Positions 29,623-38,742 of a DNA stretch of 64,000 nucleotides are shown here, piece after piece; the first letter of the stretch is position 1; each line of letters starts with the position of its first letter. The notes beneath the pieces are model-generated. The model saw only the letters and a list, made by a program, of their open reading frames with translations. It did not search any database and was not told the DNA's origin. A program made the position numbers and the translations under genes. The stretch comes from Nocardioidaceae bacterium (GTDB lineage: Bacteria > Actinomycetota > Actinomycetes > Propionibacteriales > Nocardioidaceae): positions 4,461-68,460 of the forward strand of contig DASSHZ010000004.1 of the NCBI GenBank assembly GCA_035692425.1, given 5' to 3'.

Positions 29623-30705
29623 GTGGAACTCATCGACTACCTGAGAATCGCGAAGCGCCGGCTCTGGGTGCTGATCCTGGTGCCCGTCCTGGCCGGCGTT
29701 GGGGTGGCGGCCGCGGTCATACTCGCGCCAACGCACTACCGGGCCACCGTGACGGTTACGCCGTCCGCGCTGGTCGGCGGCAACCCGGGCAACCAGTACT
29801 CCGGCTCCCAGGCGGTCAGCCAGTACGTGTCCATGTTCCAGTCGACCGCGATGGGCCCCAAGGTCGCCGCCGCGGTGAGCAACAAGACGGGGATCAAGCG
29901 CGGCCAGCTCAGCGCGGGGCTCACGGTGGCGCAGGTGGGCGCGAGCAGCGTCATGACGGTCAGCTACACCGGTCGGGACAAACGCCTCGTCGAGCCCGCG
30001 GCCGCCGCGGTCAGCGAGGCCACGCTGAACACGATGTTCGCGTCCCAGGTCAAGCTTGCCGAGGCGGGGGTGGCCAGCGCCAAGAGCCACCTCGTCGCGA
30101 CCAACGACGCCATCGCGGCCTGGGGCCGGAAGAACCACGTCGTCGACCCCGACGCCGCCTACCAGGCGCAGCTCAACCGCATAAACGGCCTGTTGCAGCA
30201 GCAGGCGACGCTGCAGGCGAACGGTGACGCGGCGGCGGCGGCCGCACTGAGCGGAGCCATCGCCACTGCGCGCGCCGGGCTCACCCGGTACGGACCACTG
30301 CTCGCCTCGTACCACACTCTGACCGCCGAGCAGACCTCCGCGGAGACGGCCCTGACCGCCGCCCAGCAGTCGCTGCAGCAGGTGCGGAGCCAGCTCGGCG
30401 CGGCGGACCCCAGCCAGGTGATCTTCACCGGCGGCACGCACGCCGTCTCCAGGCGTAGCTCGCTGCTCACCGAGGTGATTCCGGCCATCGGTGCGGGCGT
30501 CTTCCTGGCCGTCTTCCTCGTCGCGATCATCGAGCTGGCGGCGCAGGCCCGGCGGCAGCACCGCGAGGCCGATCTGGAGGCGGCCGAGGCGCAGGCCCGC
30601 AGTGTGCGACTGGCTGGCAACACCAGCACGGCGTACCCAAGCGAGCGCCCGCGCGGAGGTCGCGGGCCGCTGGTGACCAAGCCCGTTGCCAAGACTCGGC
30701 GGTAA
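29623..30705 (+). CDS. Wzz-like polysaccharide co-polymerase (chain-length determinant) without a kinase domain
   Basis: N- and C-terminal TM helices flank a long Ala/Gln-rich predicted coiled-coil region. Confidence 0.7.
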   Translation: MELIDYLRIAKRRLWVLILVPVLAGVGVAAAVILAPTHYRATVTVTPSALVGGNPGNQYSGSQAVSQYVSMFQSTAMGPKVAAAVSNKTGIKRGQLSAGLTVAQVGASSVMTVSYTGRDKRLVEPAAAAVSEATLNTMFASQVKLAEAGVASAKSHLVATNDAIAAWGRKNHVVDPDAAYQAQLNRINGLLQQQATLQANGDAAAAAALSGAIATARAGLTRYGPLLASYHTLTAEQTSAETALTAAQQSLQQVRSQLGAADPSQVIFTGGTHAVSRRSSLLTEVIPAIGAGVFLAVFLVAIIELAAQARRQHREADLEAAEAQARSVRLAGNTSTAYPSERPRGGRGPLVTKPVAKTRR

Positions 30706-30715
30706 GCGTCTCGCG

Positions 30716-32272
30716 GTGAGCGGCTCTGTGGTGCCGAGAAGCCAGGCCGGCCCGGCCGGCGATCCGAGCCATCTGGCCGGCTTCGCCAGGGGCGGGAGCC
30801 TGAACCTCGTCGGGGCGATCTGCAACCAGCTGGCGCTGTTCGCCATCGTGGCGCTGATCGCGCATCAGCTCAACAGCAGGGACGTCGGCCGGTACGCGCT
30901 CTGCTTCGCGATCCTGTCGATCCTCGGCCTGCTGTCGCTGTGCGGGTTCCGCAGCGCACTGACCAGGTTCGTCGCGATGTACCTGGCCGACGGCGACCCC
31001 GCGAAGGTGCGCGGCACCGTGCGGCTGGGCATGGGGCTCAGCATCGCGGGCTCGGCGGTCTTTGGCGCGGCCCTGATCGCGACGGCTGGCCCCCTCGCCT
31101 CGGGGGTCTTCCACGATCCCCATCTCGTCCTGGGGCTACGGCTCACCGGGCTCACACTGCCCGCCGCGACCTTCAGCGATGCCGCCCTCGCGGCAACCCA
31201 GGGCTGGCGCACCCAGCGGCCGTTCACCATGATCGGGCGCATCTACGAGCCGCTGACCCGGCTCACCCTGACCGCCGTCGCGCTGGCCCTCGGGTTCGGC
31301 CTGCCCGGGGCCTTCTGGGCGCTGGTGATCGGCTCTTGGACAGCCGCCGGTTTGTCCTCCGTCGCCCTGGCCAGGTGCCTGCGGAAGGTGCCCAGGAGCA
31401 GCCCCGAGAACGTGCTGCGGACGATCTTCAGCTACTCGATGGTGAGCTGGGCGTCCACGCTCGCGTCGACCGGCCTCATCTGGGCCGACACCCTGCTGCT
31501 GGGGCACCTGTCCACCACCGAGCAGGTCGGCATCTACAACGTGGCCACCCGGCTGGTGATGCTCGCGGTGTTTGTGATGGCGCCGATCAACGCGGCGTTC
31601 GCGCCGCATATCGCACACCACCATCACGTCGGCGACGTCGTCCGCCTGCGACAGACCTATGCCACCGCGACAGGGTGGGTGCTCAAGCTGTCGATCCCCG
31701 CCTTTGTCGTGCTGGTCGTCTTCCCCCACCAACTGCTCCATCTCTTCGGGAAGGGCTTCACCGGGGCGGCGGCGGTCACTGTGATCCTGGCCTGCGGCCA
31801 GCTGGTCAACGCCACCACCGGACCGTGCGGCACGGTGCTCAACATGTCTGGCCGGGTGCGGCTGAACATGGTGGACAACGCGTGCGTACTGGTGCTCAAC
31901 GTCGTGCTGAACCTGTGGCTGATCCCATGGATCGGCATCGTCGGCGCGGCCATCGCCTGGAGCGTGTCGATCGTCTCGGTCAACGTGGCGCGGGTGATCC
32001 AGGTCCGCGGCATCGCCGGGGCGTCGCCCTTCGGGGTCTCCTCGGCCAAGACCTTCGTGGCCGGCGGTGCCGGCGCAGTGGTCGGCGTCGTCGTGCACCT
32101 GGCCATCCATCCGCTGATCCCGCAGCTGGTCGTCGGGGTGCTCGGAGTCGCCGTCGCCTTCGTCGTGGCTACGCTCGCCCTCGGCCTCAGCCCGAGTGAC
32201 AAGGTCGTGGTCGACAGCGTGCGCCGCCAGCTCGCGCGGCACCGCCAGCCGGTGGAAGCCGCCTCGCGCTAG
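30716..32272 (+). CDS. Wzx-like flippase (MOP superfamily polysaccharide biosynthesis protein); alternative TTG start 30686
   Basis: ~518-aa polytopic ORF with a typical Wzx N-terminus (GGSLNLVGAICNQLALFAIVALIAHQL). Confidence 0.8.
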   Translation: MSGSVVPRSQAGPAGDPSHLAGFARGGSLNLVGAICNQLALFAIVALIAHQLNSRDVGRYALCFAILSILGLLSLCGFRSALTRFVAMYLADGDPAKVRGTVRLGMGLSIAGSAVFGAALIATAGPLASGVFHDPHLVLGLRLTGLTLPAATFSDAALAATQGWRTQRPFTMIGRIYEPLTRLTLTAVALALGFGLPGAFWALVIGSWTAAGLSSVALARCLRKVPRSSPENVLRTIFSYSMVSWASTLASTGLIWADTLLLGHLSTTEQVGIYNVATRLVMLAVFVMAPINAAFAPHIAHHHHVGDVVRLRQTYATATGWVLKLSIPAFVVLVVFPHQLLHLFGKGFTGAAAVTVILACGQLVNATTGPCGTVLNMSGRVRLNMVDNACVLVLNVVLNLWLIPWIGIVGAAIAWSVSIVSVNVARVIQVRGIAGASPFGVSSAKTFVAGGAGAVVGVVVHLAIHPLIPQLVVGVLGVAVAFVVATLALGLSPSDKVVVDSVRRQLARHRQPVEAASR

Positions 32273-32292
32273 CGCAGAGATCCGGGTCCGGC

Positions 32293-33135
32293 TCAGCCTG
32301 GGTGGCGCTCGTCCAGTTGCGTAGGTGGCGTGGCGGGCCAGCTGCCGGGCGCGGACAGGTCGGACACGTCGTAGCCGAAGCCAGCGATGGCAGCCGCCAA
32401 CCGCCGCTCGATTCGCTGCCGCTGCCACCAGCCCGGACGCCAGGGCAGGCGGAGGGACTCCCACCGCTCCACGTAGCGCTGGCTCCGGGAGTCGCTCAGG
32501 CCGGCTGCCGGAATCGGCGACGTCAGCCCCAGGAATCCCTGCACGCGCGCCAGCTCCGCGTCCGGCTGGGAGACGAGGTCCTCGTACCGCACGACTAGCA
32601 GGCGTCCGAGGTGCGGGGCGTCCGCGAGCAGGAGTCGATGAGCCGCCAGCCAGTGCTCGACGAGCGCGCTCAGCGCCATGTACTTGCCGGGGTGCCGCGA
32701 CGCCGCCCGCCGCCACTTCTTGGTGGACAGTGCGACGACCACCGGGTGGCGCACCACGACGACCAGGGCCGAACCGGGGAACAGCGCCTGGAGGAACCTG
32801 CCCATCAGGAGGTTTGGCGGGGACTTCTCGAGCAGGTAGGGGGTTGACATGTCCCAGTACGGCTCCCAGGCCGCGAGCATCGCGGCCGCGCTGTCCTGGC
32901 TGACCAGGGAAGAGCTCTCGGTCAGGTGCGCCCGGGGGTCGAACGCGAACCGCCCGGAGCCGCCGTACAGCTTTGCCCGGGGGTACACCTGCTGCAGATG
33001 CTGGCCCTCATCCTCACGGACCCCGGTCCCGGTGAGCCCGCTGACCTCGGGATGCGCGGCCAGCACCCGGGCGAGCGGGGTGGTGCCGCTGCGGTGCAGC
33101 CCGCCGATGAAGACGAGTCGCCGGGCGTCCGTCAT
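32293..33135 (-). CDS. Sulfotransferase-family protein (ST2)
   Basis: VFIGGLHRSGTTPLARVL (PSB loop) and VVVRHPVVVALS (3'-PB-like). ATGA overlap with the upstream gene. Confidence 0.8.
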   Translation of the reverse strand: MTDARRLVFIGGLHRSGTTPLARVLAAHPEVSGLTGTGVREDEGQHLQQVYPRAKLYGGSGRFAFDPRAHLTESSSLVSQDSAAAMLAAWEPYWDMSTPYLLEKSPPNLLMGRFLQALFPGSALVVVVRHPVVVALSTKKWRRAASRHPGKYMALSALVEHWLAAHRLLLADAPHLGRLLVVRYEDLVSQPDAELARVQGFLGLTSPIPAAGLSDSRSQRYVERWESLRLPWRPGWWQRQRIERRLAAAIAGFGYDVSDLSAPGSWPATPPTQLDERHPG

Positions 33136-34649
33136 TGCCCAGCCAAGAAGGCCGTGAGCCCGCCGGACACGGTCAGCTGCTGCGGCTCACTACCGACCGC
33201 GAGGGTCGAGCTGCCGGTCGGCCGGCCGGCGGTCGGCCGCCCCACCAAGGCAGCCTGGTCACCGTGGGCCAGCCGAAGGTGCACGGGCTGCGAGGACGCC
33301 GACCACACGAACAGGTCGGTCCGGCCGGTGCGCTCGAAGGCCACCCCGGTCAGCCCGTTCGCGGCCACCGGGGTCACCTTGGCACCGCGCGCGGCCGCGA
33401 CGATGGCCGCCAGGGCCAGGCCCGACGGTCGGACCGCGCCGTCCGGGTCGAGCAGGCCGTATCTCGGCTCATCCGCGTGGCGGCCGCTGGGGTTGACCGC
33501 CAGGGGCAGCCACACGACCATGTGCACGCCACCGGCGAGCAGCAGGCTCACGGTCTTGACCAGCTCCGCGGCGCGCTCGTCGGCGGACGCGTCCGAGCCC
33601 TCCCAGAACGACCCGACCTCCCAGGCTTGGATGGGTGTCGTCGCCGGGGTGGTGGCTCGCAGGTAGGTGAGCAGGTCGGGCACGCTGGACCAGGCCTCGT
33701 AGAAATGGATCTGGCGTACGGCGAACACCCGCTCGCGGGCGAGCTGCTGCACCAGGTCGAGGTACTGCAGGTCTCGACGCCCTTGCTCGGAGTCGAGCAC
33801 GGCCTGGAGCCCGGCCAGGTCGCTCACCTGTGGGAGCTGGCCGGAGCGGGTGCCGAACCGGCGCTGGAAGTAGGCGTTGTAGGCCTGCACAGCCTGGTCG
33901 TCCTGGCCCAGTGCCACCAGGCGGGCCGCGATCCCGTAGCCGTAGGTGGTGCTGCTCAGCCCCGGCCCTACCACCACCGCCTCCGGGCTCGCGGCGTGAA
34001 TGGCCTGTGCGGCCACCCCGATGAGCTGGCGGTACTGCGCCGCCGTGCCCGCCCAGTTGCTGGGGGAGTTGATCTCGTTCTCCACCGCGTACTCGACGAC
34101 GCCCCGCGGCGCGTAGCGCCGTACGGCGGCCTCGACGAAGGCGCGGTAGGCGCGGAGGTCGAGAGGCATCGCGGACTCGGTCTTGTTGCCCTGCCCGCGC
34201 TCGTACTGTGCCTGGCCGCCGGTTGCCCAGCAGCGCCCGACCCGCAGTTTGAGCATCATGCGCTCCCCGAGCCGGGCCGACTCGTTGACGAACTTGTCCG
34301 CCTGGTGCCAGTCGAAGATGCCCTTGACCGGCTCGACCTTGCACCACACCAGCTCGTAGAACGTGACGCTGCCGGAGATCGAGCTCAGGTACGACGTGTA
34401 CGAGGACAGTCGATGGATGTCCCACTTGGTGCCCAGTACGGCCGGGCCCGCCAGGCGAGCCGACGGCATTGGCCGGATCGACTCCATCGGCCCCTCGGCA
34501 TGTCGATGACCGCCGCCGCGGAAGCCGGGGGTGCAGGCGGAGCCGGCCAGCGCCACCCCAACCAGGAGAGCGGTGAGCCGGAGCGCCCGCCCACGACCCA
34601 GCGGCCACCGCTCCGGCGAGGCGGCCGGCCGCGGCGGATGCGCCCTCAC
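33132..34649 (-). CDS. Lipoprotein with glycoside-hydrolase-like TIM-barrel features
   Basis: Lipobox LVGVALAGSAC, then VWCKVEPVKGIFDW and YAVENEINSP (clan GH-A-like N-E acid/base context). GTG 34649 overlaps the ST3 stop (GTGA). Confidence 0.55.
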   Translation of the reverse strand: MRAHPPRPAASPERWPLGRGRALRLTALLVGVALAGSACTPGFRGGGHRHAEGPMESIRPMPSARLAGPAVLGTKWDIHRLSSYTSYLSSISGSVTFYELVWCKVEPVKGIFDWHQADKFVNESARLGERMMLKLRVGRCWATGGQAQYERGQGNKTESAMPLDLRAYRAFVEAAVRRYAPRGVVEYAVENEINSPSNWAGTAAQYRQLIGVAAQAIHAASPEAVVVGPGLSSTTYGYGIAARLVALGQDDQAVQAYNAYFQRRFGTRSGQLPQVSDLAGLQAVLDSEQGRRDLQYLDLVQQLARERVFAVRQIHFYEAWSSVPDLLTYLRATTPATTPIQAWEVGSFWEGSDASADERAAELVKTVSLLLAGGVHMVVWLPLAVNPSGRHADEPRYGLLDPDGAVRPSGLALAAIVAAARGAKVTPVAANGLTGVAFERTGRTDLFVWSASSQPVHLRLAHGDQAALVGRPTAGRPTGSSTLAVGSEPQQLTVSGGLTAFLAGQ

Positions 34650-35572
34650 GCCACCGCCCCGAGCTGGGCCGTGAGCTCCGCCGCCAGCCGCCGGACCGCA
34701 GGGTCGATCTCCAACGGCCGGTCGCCGTGGGCGGCCCGCCGCTCGATGTGCGCGCACAGGCCCGGGTCGTACGGGAAGTCGAGGAACTCGCACAGCCGGC
34801 GCATGCCCTTCTCCGGCTCGGCCACCGAGTCGTCGTACGACGACAGCAGCACGTCGTCTCGACGGTCCAGGCCCAGGTCGAAGAACAACCGGTTGCGAAG
34901 GACCCAGAAGAGGGCGGCCGCGGTAGGTGGGGTCATGGTGTCCAGGTCGAAGCTGCGGACCAGCCGGACCGAGCTCTCCGACAGCCGTCCGCCCTGCCAG
35001 ATGGTCGCTGCCCCGCCGGCAGCGATCACCCGGAGGGCGCGCAGGTCCGCGTCACCGAACTTGGCCACCGCCGACCGCGCCCGCGCGTCCACGTCCCGGA
35101 CCACCCAGACCGCCCGGCCGGGCGGTACGCCGGGCAGGGCGAGCAGATGGTCCACCCGGTGGCTGTCGCAGAGCGGCTTGATCAGCACGATCGGGTGCCG
35201 GCTGGCGGCGATCACCTGCCGCAGGGTCGCGTCGTCGCGCAGCCGATAGCGGTGGAAGAGCGTCCGGTCGCTCTCGTTGCGCACCTCGATCGCCGGAGCG
35301 GCGTCCAGTCCGCGCAGCAGCATGTTGGTGCCGGACCGTTGCAGCCCGACCACGTAGACCGGCCGCGCGGTGCCCGGTGGCACGCCCTGTCGGCGCCGAA
35401 ACGACCGCTTCGCCGCCGACGTTCTCAGCCTCCCGACCGGGTCGAGCCGCTTCTCCTCCGCCAGCCGGGCCAGCCCCTCGGTCCGGAGCCAGCGCAGGTG
35501 GCGGGCGACCCGGCGAGCGCCATACCTGAGCGCCGACGGCTCGGTGGCGCCCGGCCGGTCGACTCGACTCAC
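34646..35572 (-). CDS. Sulfotransferase-family protein (ST3); start uncertain
   Basis: VYVVGLQRSGTNMLLRGL and WVVRDVDARARSAV. GTG 35572 overlaps the stop of the upstream ORF. The listed 535-aa ORF is a frame-fusion artefact. Confidence 0.75.
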   Translation of the reverse strand: MSRVDRPGATEPSALRYGARRVARHLRWLRTEGLARLAEEKRLDPVGRLRTSAAKRSFRRRQGVPPGTARPVYVVGLQRSGTNMLLRGLDAAPAIEVRNESDRTLFHRYRLRDDATLRQVIAASRHPIVLIKPLCDSHRVDHLLALPGVPPGRAVWVVRDVDARARSAVAKFGDADLRALRVIAAGGAATIWQGGRLSESSVRLVRSFDLDTMTPPTAAALFWVLRNRLFFDLGLDRRDDVLLSSYDDSVAEPEKGMRRLCEFLDFPYDPGLCAHIERRAAHGDRPLEIDPAVRRLAAELTAQLGAVA

Positions 35573-36306
35573 GAGGCCGCCTCCGGCGGAGTCCGGTGGT
35601 GCGCCCGGAGCACCGAGTCCAGCTCGGCCAGCCGGCCGGGGCGTCGTGCCGCGACGCGCTCCCGGAGCACCGCAATGTCGTCGGCCTCCTCGCCGTACCC
35701 GGGCGCGAGGAACGCGGCGTAGACGGCCGGGTCGACGGCTAGCGCGTCGGTGAGGACCGCGGTGTTGTCGATCAGGGGCATGGGGCGCGGGTCGACCCGG
35801 TACATCCAGGGGGCGAGCGACGCGCCGTCCGCGAGAAGCATGGCCAGCCGGTGACCGCCGTCGCCCACGTGCACCGCGCGGTCGAGGGTGGCTCCGCTGT
35901 CGCTCACCCGGGGTCCCGAGGTGCCGCGCAGCGTCACCGGGTAGCGCTGGTCGAACCCGGTAGCCCGGTAGGACCGCCACAGTGCGGCCGCGGTCGCGAC
36001 CCGCTCGGCGAACTGCCGCTCGAGCAGCGCCGGGTCCCGCAGAACCCAGGGCCGGAACCGCGCCATAGCGACCTTCTCGAACCAGACCCGGTATGGATGC
36101 TCCCGCAGGGCAGGCAGCCAGGCGGCGGGATCCTGGTCCGGACGGGCGGCGGCGAACTCGAAGAACTGCGCCCGGATGGCGACGTCGTAGCGCAGCGGGG
36201 AGATCAGCCACGCGATATCGATGGGCTCCGCACCGGCTCTCTTGGGACGCCACGTGGCGGCTCGGCGCACGGTACGGCGCGCGGTCGGGATAGGTGATCG
36301 TCTCAT
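35569..36306 (-). CDS. Hypothetical protein, first gene of the minus-strand sulfotransferase operon; weak ParB/Srx-like motif
   Basis: 245-aa ORF with coding-like composition, coupled to ST3. It contains PIDIAWLISPLRYD ... HVGDGGHRLAMLL, resembling the DGxHR core of the ParB/sulfiredoxin fold. Confidence 0.5.
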   Translation of the reverse strand: MRRSPIPTARRTVRRAATWRPKRAGAEPIDIAWLISPLRYDVAIRAQFFEFAAARPDQDPAAWLPALREHPYRVWFEKVAMARFRPWVLRDPALLERQFAERVATAAALWRSYRATGFDQRYPVTLRGTSGPRVSDSGATLDRAVHVGDGGHRLAMLLADGASLAPWMYRVDPRPMPLIDNTAVLTDALAVDPAVYAAFLAPGYGEEADDIAVLRERVAARRPGRLAELDSVLRAHHRTPPEAAS

Positions 36307-36374
36307 GGTGACGCGAGCAGCCGCTGGGCGCGGCACGACTCCCCCTCGAGGTCGACTGGTCGGTGGCGGACCCG

Positions 36375-36397
36375 GTTACAAGTGTTTCACAGGGGGG
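36375..36397 (+). promoter_or_regulatory. AT-rich/G-run motif GTTACAAGTGTTTCACAGGGGGG upstream of the GT4-ST4-ST5 unit
   Basis: Partner of 27143-27165. Lies 100-122 nt upstream of GTG 36497. Confidence 0.3.
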
Positions 36398-36496
36398 TCA
36401 CCAGGTCCGAAGATCGGCCGGATTCCCCCGTTCTGCCCCGACTACGGAGCGTGATGTGATGGACTCGTAAGACACAGTTCCGGGGGGAGGTTCCGC

Positions 36497-37759
36497 GTGC
36501 GCATCCTGGCGGTGAACAAGTATCTGTACCGTCGTGGGGGCGCGGAGAGCTACCTGCTGGACCTGACCGACCTGCAGCGCCGGCGCGGCCACGTCGTCGA
36601 GCTGTTCGGCATGCGCCACCCGGAGGACTCCGCGTCGCATCCGCTGTCGGACACGTTCCCGTCGTACGTCGGGCTCGACCCGGCGCCCGACGGTCTGCGC
36701 GGGCTCGCGGCCGCCGGCCGGATGGTCTGGTCGGTCGCCAGCGCCCGGGGCATGGCGCGGGCGCTGGCGCGCGTCCAGCCAGACGTCGTGCATCTGCACA
36801 ACATCTACCACCAGCTCTCACCGTCCATTCTCGGTCCGGTACGGCGGGCGGGCGTCCCCTGCGTCATGACGTTGCACGACTACAAGCTGGCGTGTCCGAG
36901 CTACCAGATGCTCGACCACGGCGAGCTGTGCGACGCCTGTGTCACCGGCGGTACCTGGCACGCCGCTCAGCGCCGCTGCAAAGGCGGGTCGCTGGCGGCG
37001 AGCTCCCTGCTGGCGCTGGAGTCCGGCGTCCATCGGCTGACCGGCGCCTACCGCGGAGTCGACCTCTTCCTCAGCCCCAGCGCCTTCCTGGCCGGCGTGA
37101 TGCGCCGGGCCGGGGTGTTCCCCGACCGGCTGCGGGTCGTCCCGCACTTCGCCGAGGTCACGCCGGTCCGGCCCGACCCGGAGCAGCGGAGTGGCTTCCT
37201 GTTCGCCGGCCGGCTGTCGCGGGAGAAGGGGGTGGACGTGCTCATCGACGCGATGGGCGCGCTGCCCGAGACGAGCCGGCTCTCGGTGGCGGGCGACGGT
37301 CCCGAGCGGGCGGCGCTGCAGCGTCAGGCGGCAGTCGTCGCGCCAGGGCGGGTGGCCTTCCTCGGACGGCTGTCCAAGCCCGCTCTGCAGGATCTGCTGC
37401 AGGCCTCGCTGGCCTCGATCCTGCCGGCCCGCTGGAACGAGAACCAGCCGATGACGGTGCTCGAGGCCCTCGGCGCCGGCGTGCCGATGGTCTGCACCGA
37501 TCTCGGCGGCCTGCCCGAGCTGGTTTCGCACGGCGTCGACGGGCTCGTCGTACCCCCCGACGACCCGGTGGCGCTGGCGGCGGCCCTTGTCGCGCTGTCG
37601 ACCGACCCTGCGCGGGCGGCCCGGATGGGCGCCGCAGGGAGGGCGAAGGTCGAGCGGGAGCTCAGCCCGCAGGCCCACCTGGACCGGCTCGACGCGGCGT
37701 ACGCCGAGGCTGCCGAGCGCCGTGGCCGGCGGCTGAGCCTGGGCTCGGTGCCGGCATGA
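36497..37759 (+). CDS. GT4-family glycosyltransferase
   Basis: MRILAVNKYLYRRGGAESY N-terminus and NENQPMTVLEALGAGVPMVCTDLGGLPELV. RBS GGGGGGAGG. Confidence 0.9.
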   Translation: MRILAVNKYLYRRGGAESYLLDLTDLQRRRGHVVELFGMRHPEDSASHPLSDTFPSYVGLDPAPDGLRGLAAAGRMVWSVASARGMARALARVQPDVVHLHNIYHQLSPSILGPVRRAGVPCVMTLHDYKLACPSYQMLDHGELCDACVTGGTWHAAQRRCKGGSLAASSLLALESGVHRLTGAYRGVDLFLSPSAFLAGVMRRAGVFPDRLRVVPHFAEVTPVRPDPEQRSGFLFAGRLSREKGVDVLIDAMGALPETSRLSVAGDGPERAALQRQAAVVAPGRVAFLGRLSKPALQDLLQASLASILPARWNENQPMTVLEALGAGVPMVCTDLGGLPELVSHGVDGLVVPPDDPVALAAALVALSTDPARAARMGAAGRAKVERELSPQAHLDRLDAAYAEAAERRGRRLSLGSVPA

Positions 37760-38742
37760 CGGTCCGGCCCGAGGCGCCGATCCGGGTGCTCTACCTAGCC
37801 GGGAGCGGCCGCAGCGGGAGCACCCTGCTCACCAACATCCTCGGCCAGGTGGACGGCGTGTTCGCGGCCGGGGAGCTCCGCTTCCTCTGGCAGCGCGGGG
37901 TGGTGGAGAACCACCTGTGCGGCTGCGGCCGGCCGTTCGACAGCTGCCCGGTGTGGGCCTCGGTCATGGCGGACGTGACCGACGGCGGCCCGCCGCTCGA
38001 CGCTGCCGGCATCGCGGCCCGGCTGCGCCGCCGGCTGCGGCTGGGCCGGGTGCCCACCATGCTGGTGCGCCGCGCGCTGGGCCGGCCCCCCGTGCCACCG
38101 CACCGCGACGACGAGCTCATCGCCCGCTTGTACCGGTCGCTGGCGAGCCATCACGGCACCGCCCTGGTCGTCGACTCCTCGAAGCTGCCGCCGTACGGCA
38201 TGCTGGTCTCCCAGCTGCCCGGCGTCGAAGTGTCCGTGTTGCACGTCGTCCGGGACCCCCGCGCCGCCGCGTTCTCCTGGCGCCGCTCGCGGGTGACCGG
38301 TAACCGCACCGACGCCGACGAGCAGATGCAGCGCCACCCACTGTGGAAGAGCGCCAGCCTGTGGCTCGCCTGGAACGCTCTGACCGCGCTGGTCTGGCGG
38401 CGCGGCCGGTACCTTCGGCTCCGGTACGAGGACTTCGTCGGTGACCCCGAGCGCGCGACCGCCGCGATTCTCGACCTGGTCGGGTTGTCCGGCGCCGAGC
38501 TGCCCTTCGAGTCGACCACGTCGGTGCGGCTCGCGCCCACCCACTCGGTCGCGGGCAACCCGAACCGGCACCGGTCCGGCTCGACCCGGATCCGCCTGGA
38601 CGACGAGTGGGTGGAGGGCATGGCCAGGGGGCAGCAGTCCCTGGTGAGCGCCATCGCCGCCCCCGGGATGCTCTGGTTCGGCTACCGTCGGGCTGCGCGC
38701 CGTACGCCGGAGAGCGGGTCCGACCTCAAGGAGGCCGGATGA
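37756..38742 (+). CDS. Sulfotransferase-family protein (ST4)
   Basis: LYLAGSGRSGSTLLTNIL and HVVRDPRAAAFSW. ATGA overlap with GT4. Confidence 0.8.
   Translation: MTVRPEAPIRVLYLAGSGRSGSTLLTNILGQVDGVFAAGELRFLWQRGVVENHLCGCGRPFDSCPVWASVMADVTDGGPPLDAAGIAARLRRRLRLGRVPTMLVRRALGRPPVPPHRDDELIARLYRSLASHHGTALVVDSSKLPPYGMLVSQLPGVEVSVLHVVRDPRAAAFSWRRSRVTGNRTDADEQMQRHPLWKSASLWLAWNALTALVWRRGRYLRLRYEDFVGDPERATAAILDLVGLSGAELPFESTTSVRLAPTHSVAGNPNRHRSGSTRIRLDDEWVEGMARGQQSLVSAIAAPGMLWFGYRRAARRTPESGSDLKEAG

Noticed and set aside
34646-36253. 535-aa ORF suggesting a large N-terminally extended sulfotransferase
   Set aside because: Its N-terminal ~225 aa are Arg/Pro-rich and overlap, in another frame, the better-looking 35569-36306 ORF. 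A GTG at 35572 overlaps that ORF's stop (GTGA), so two coupled genes were called instead.
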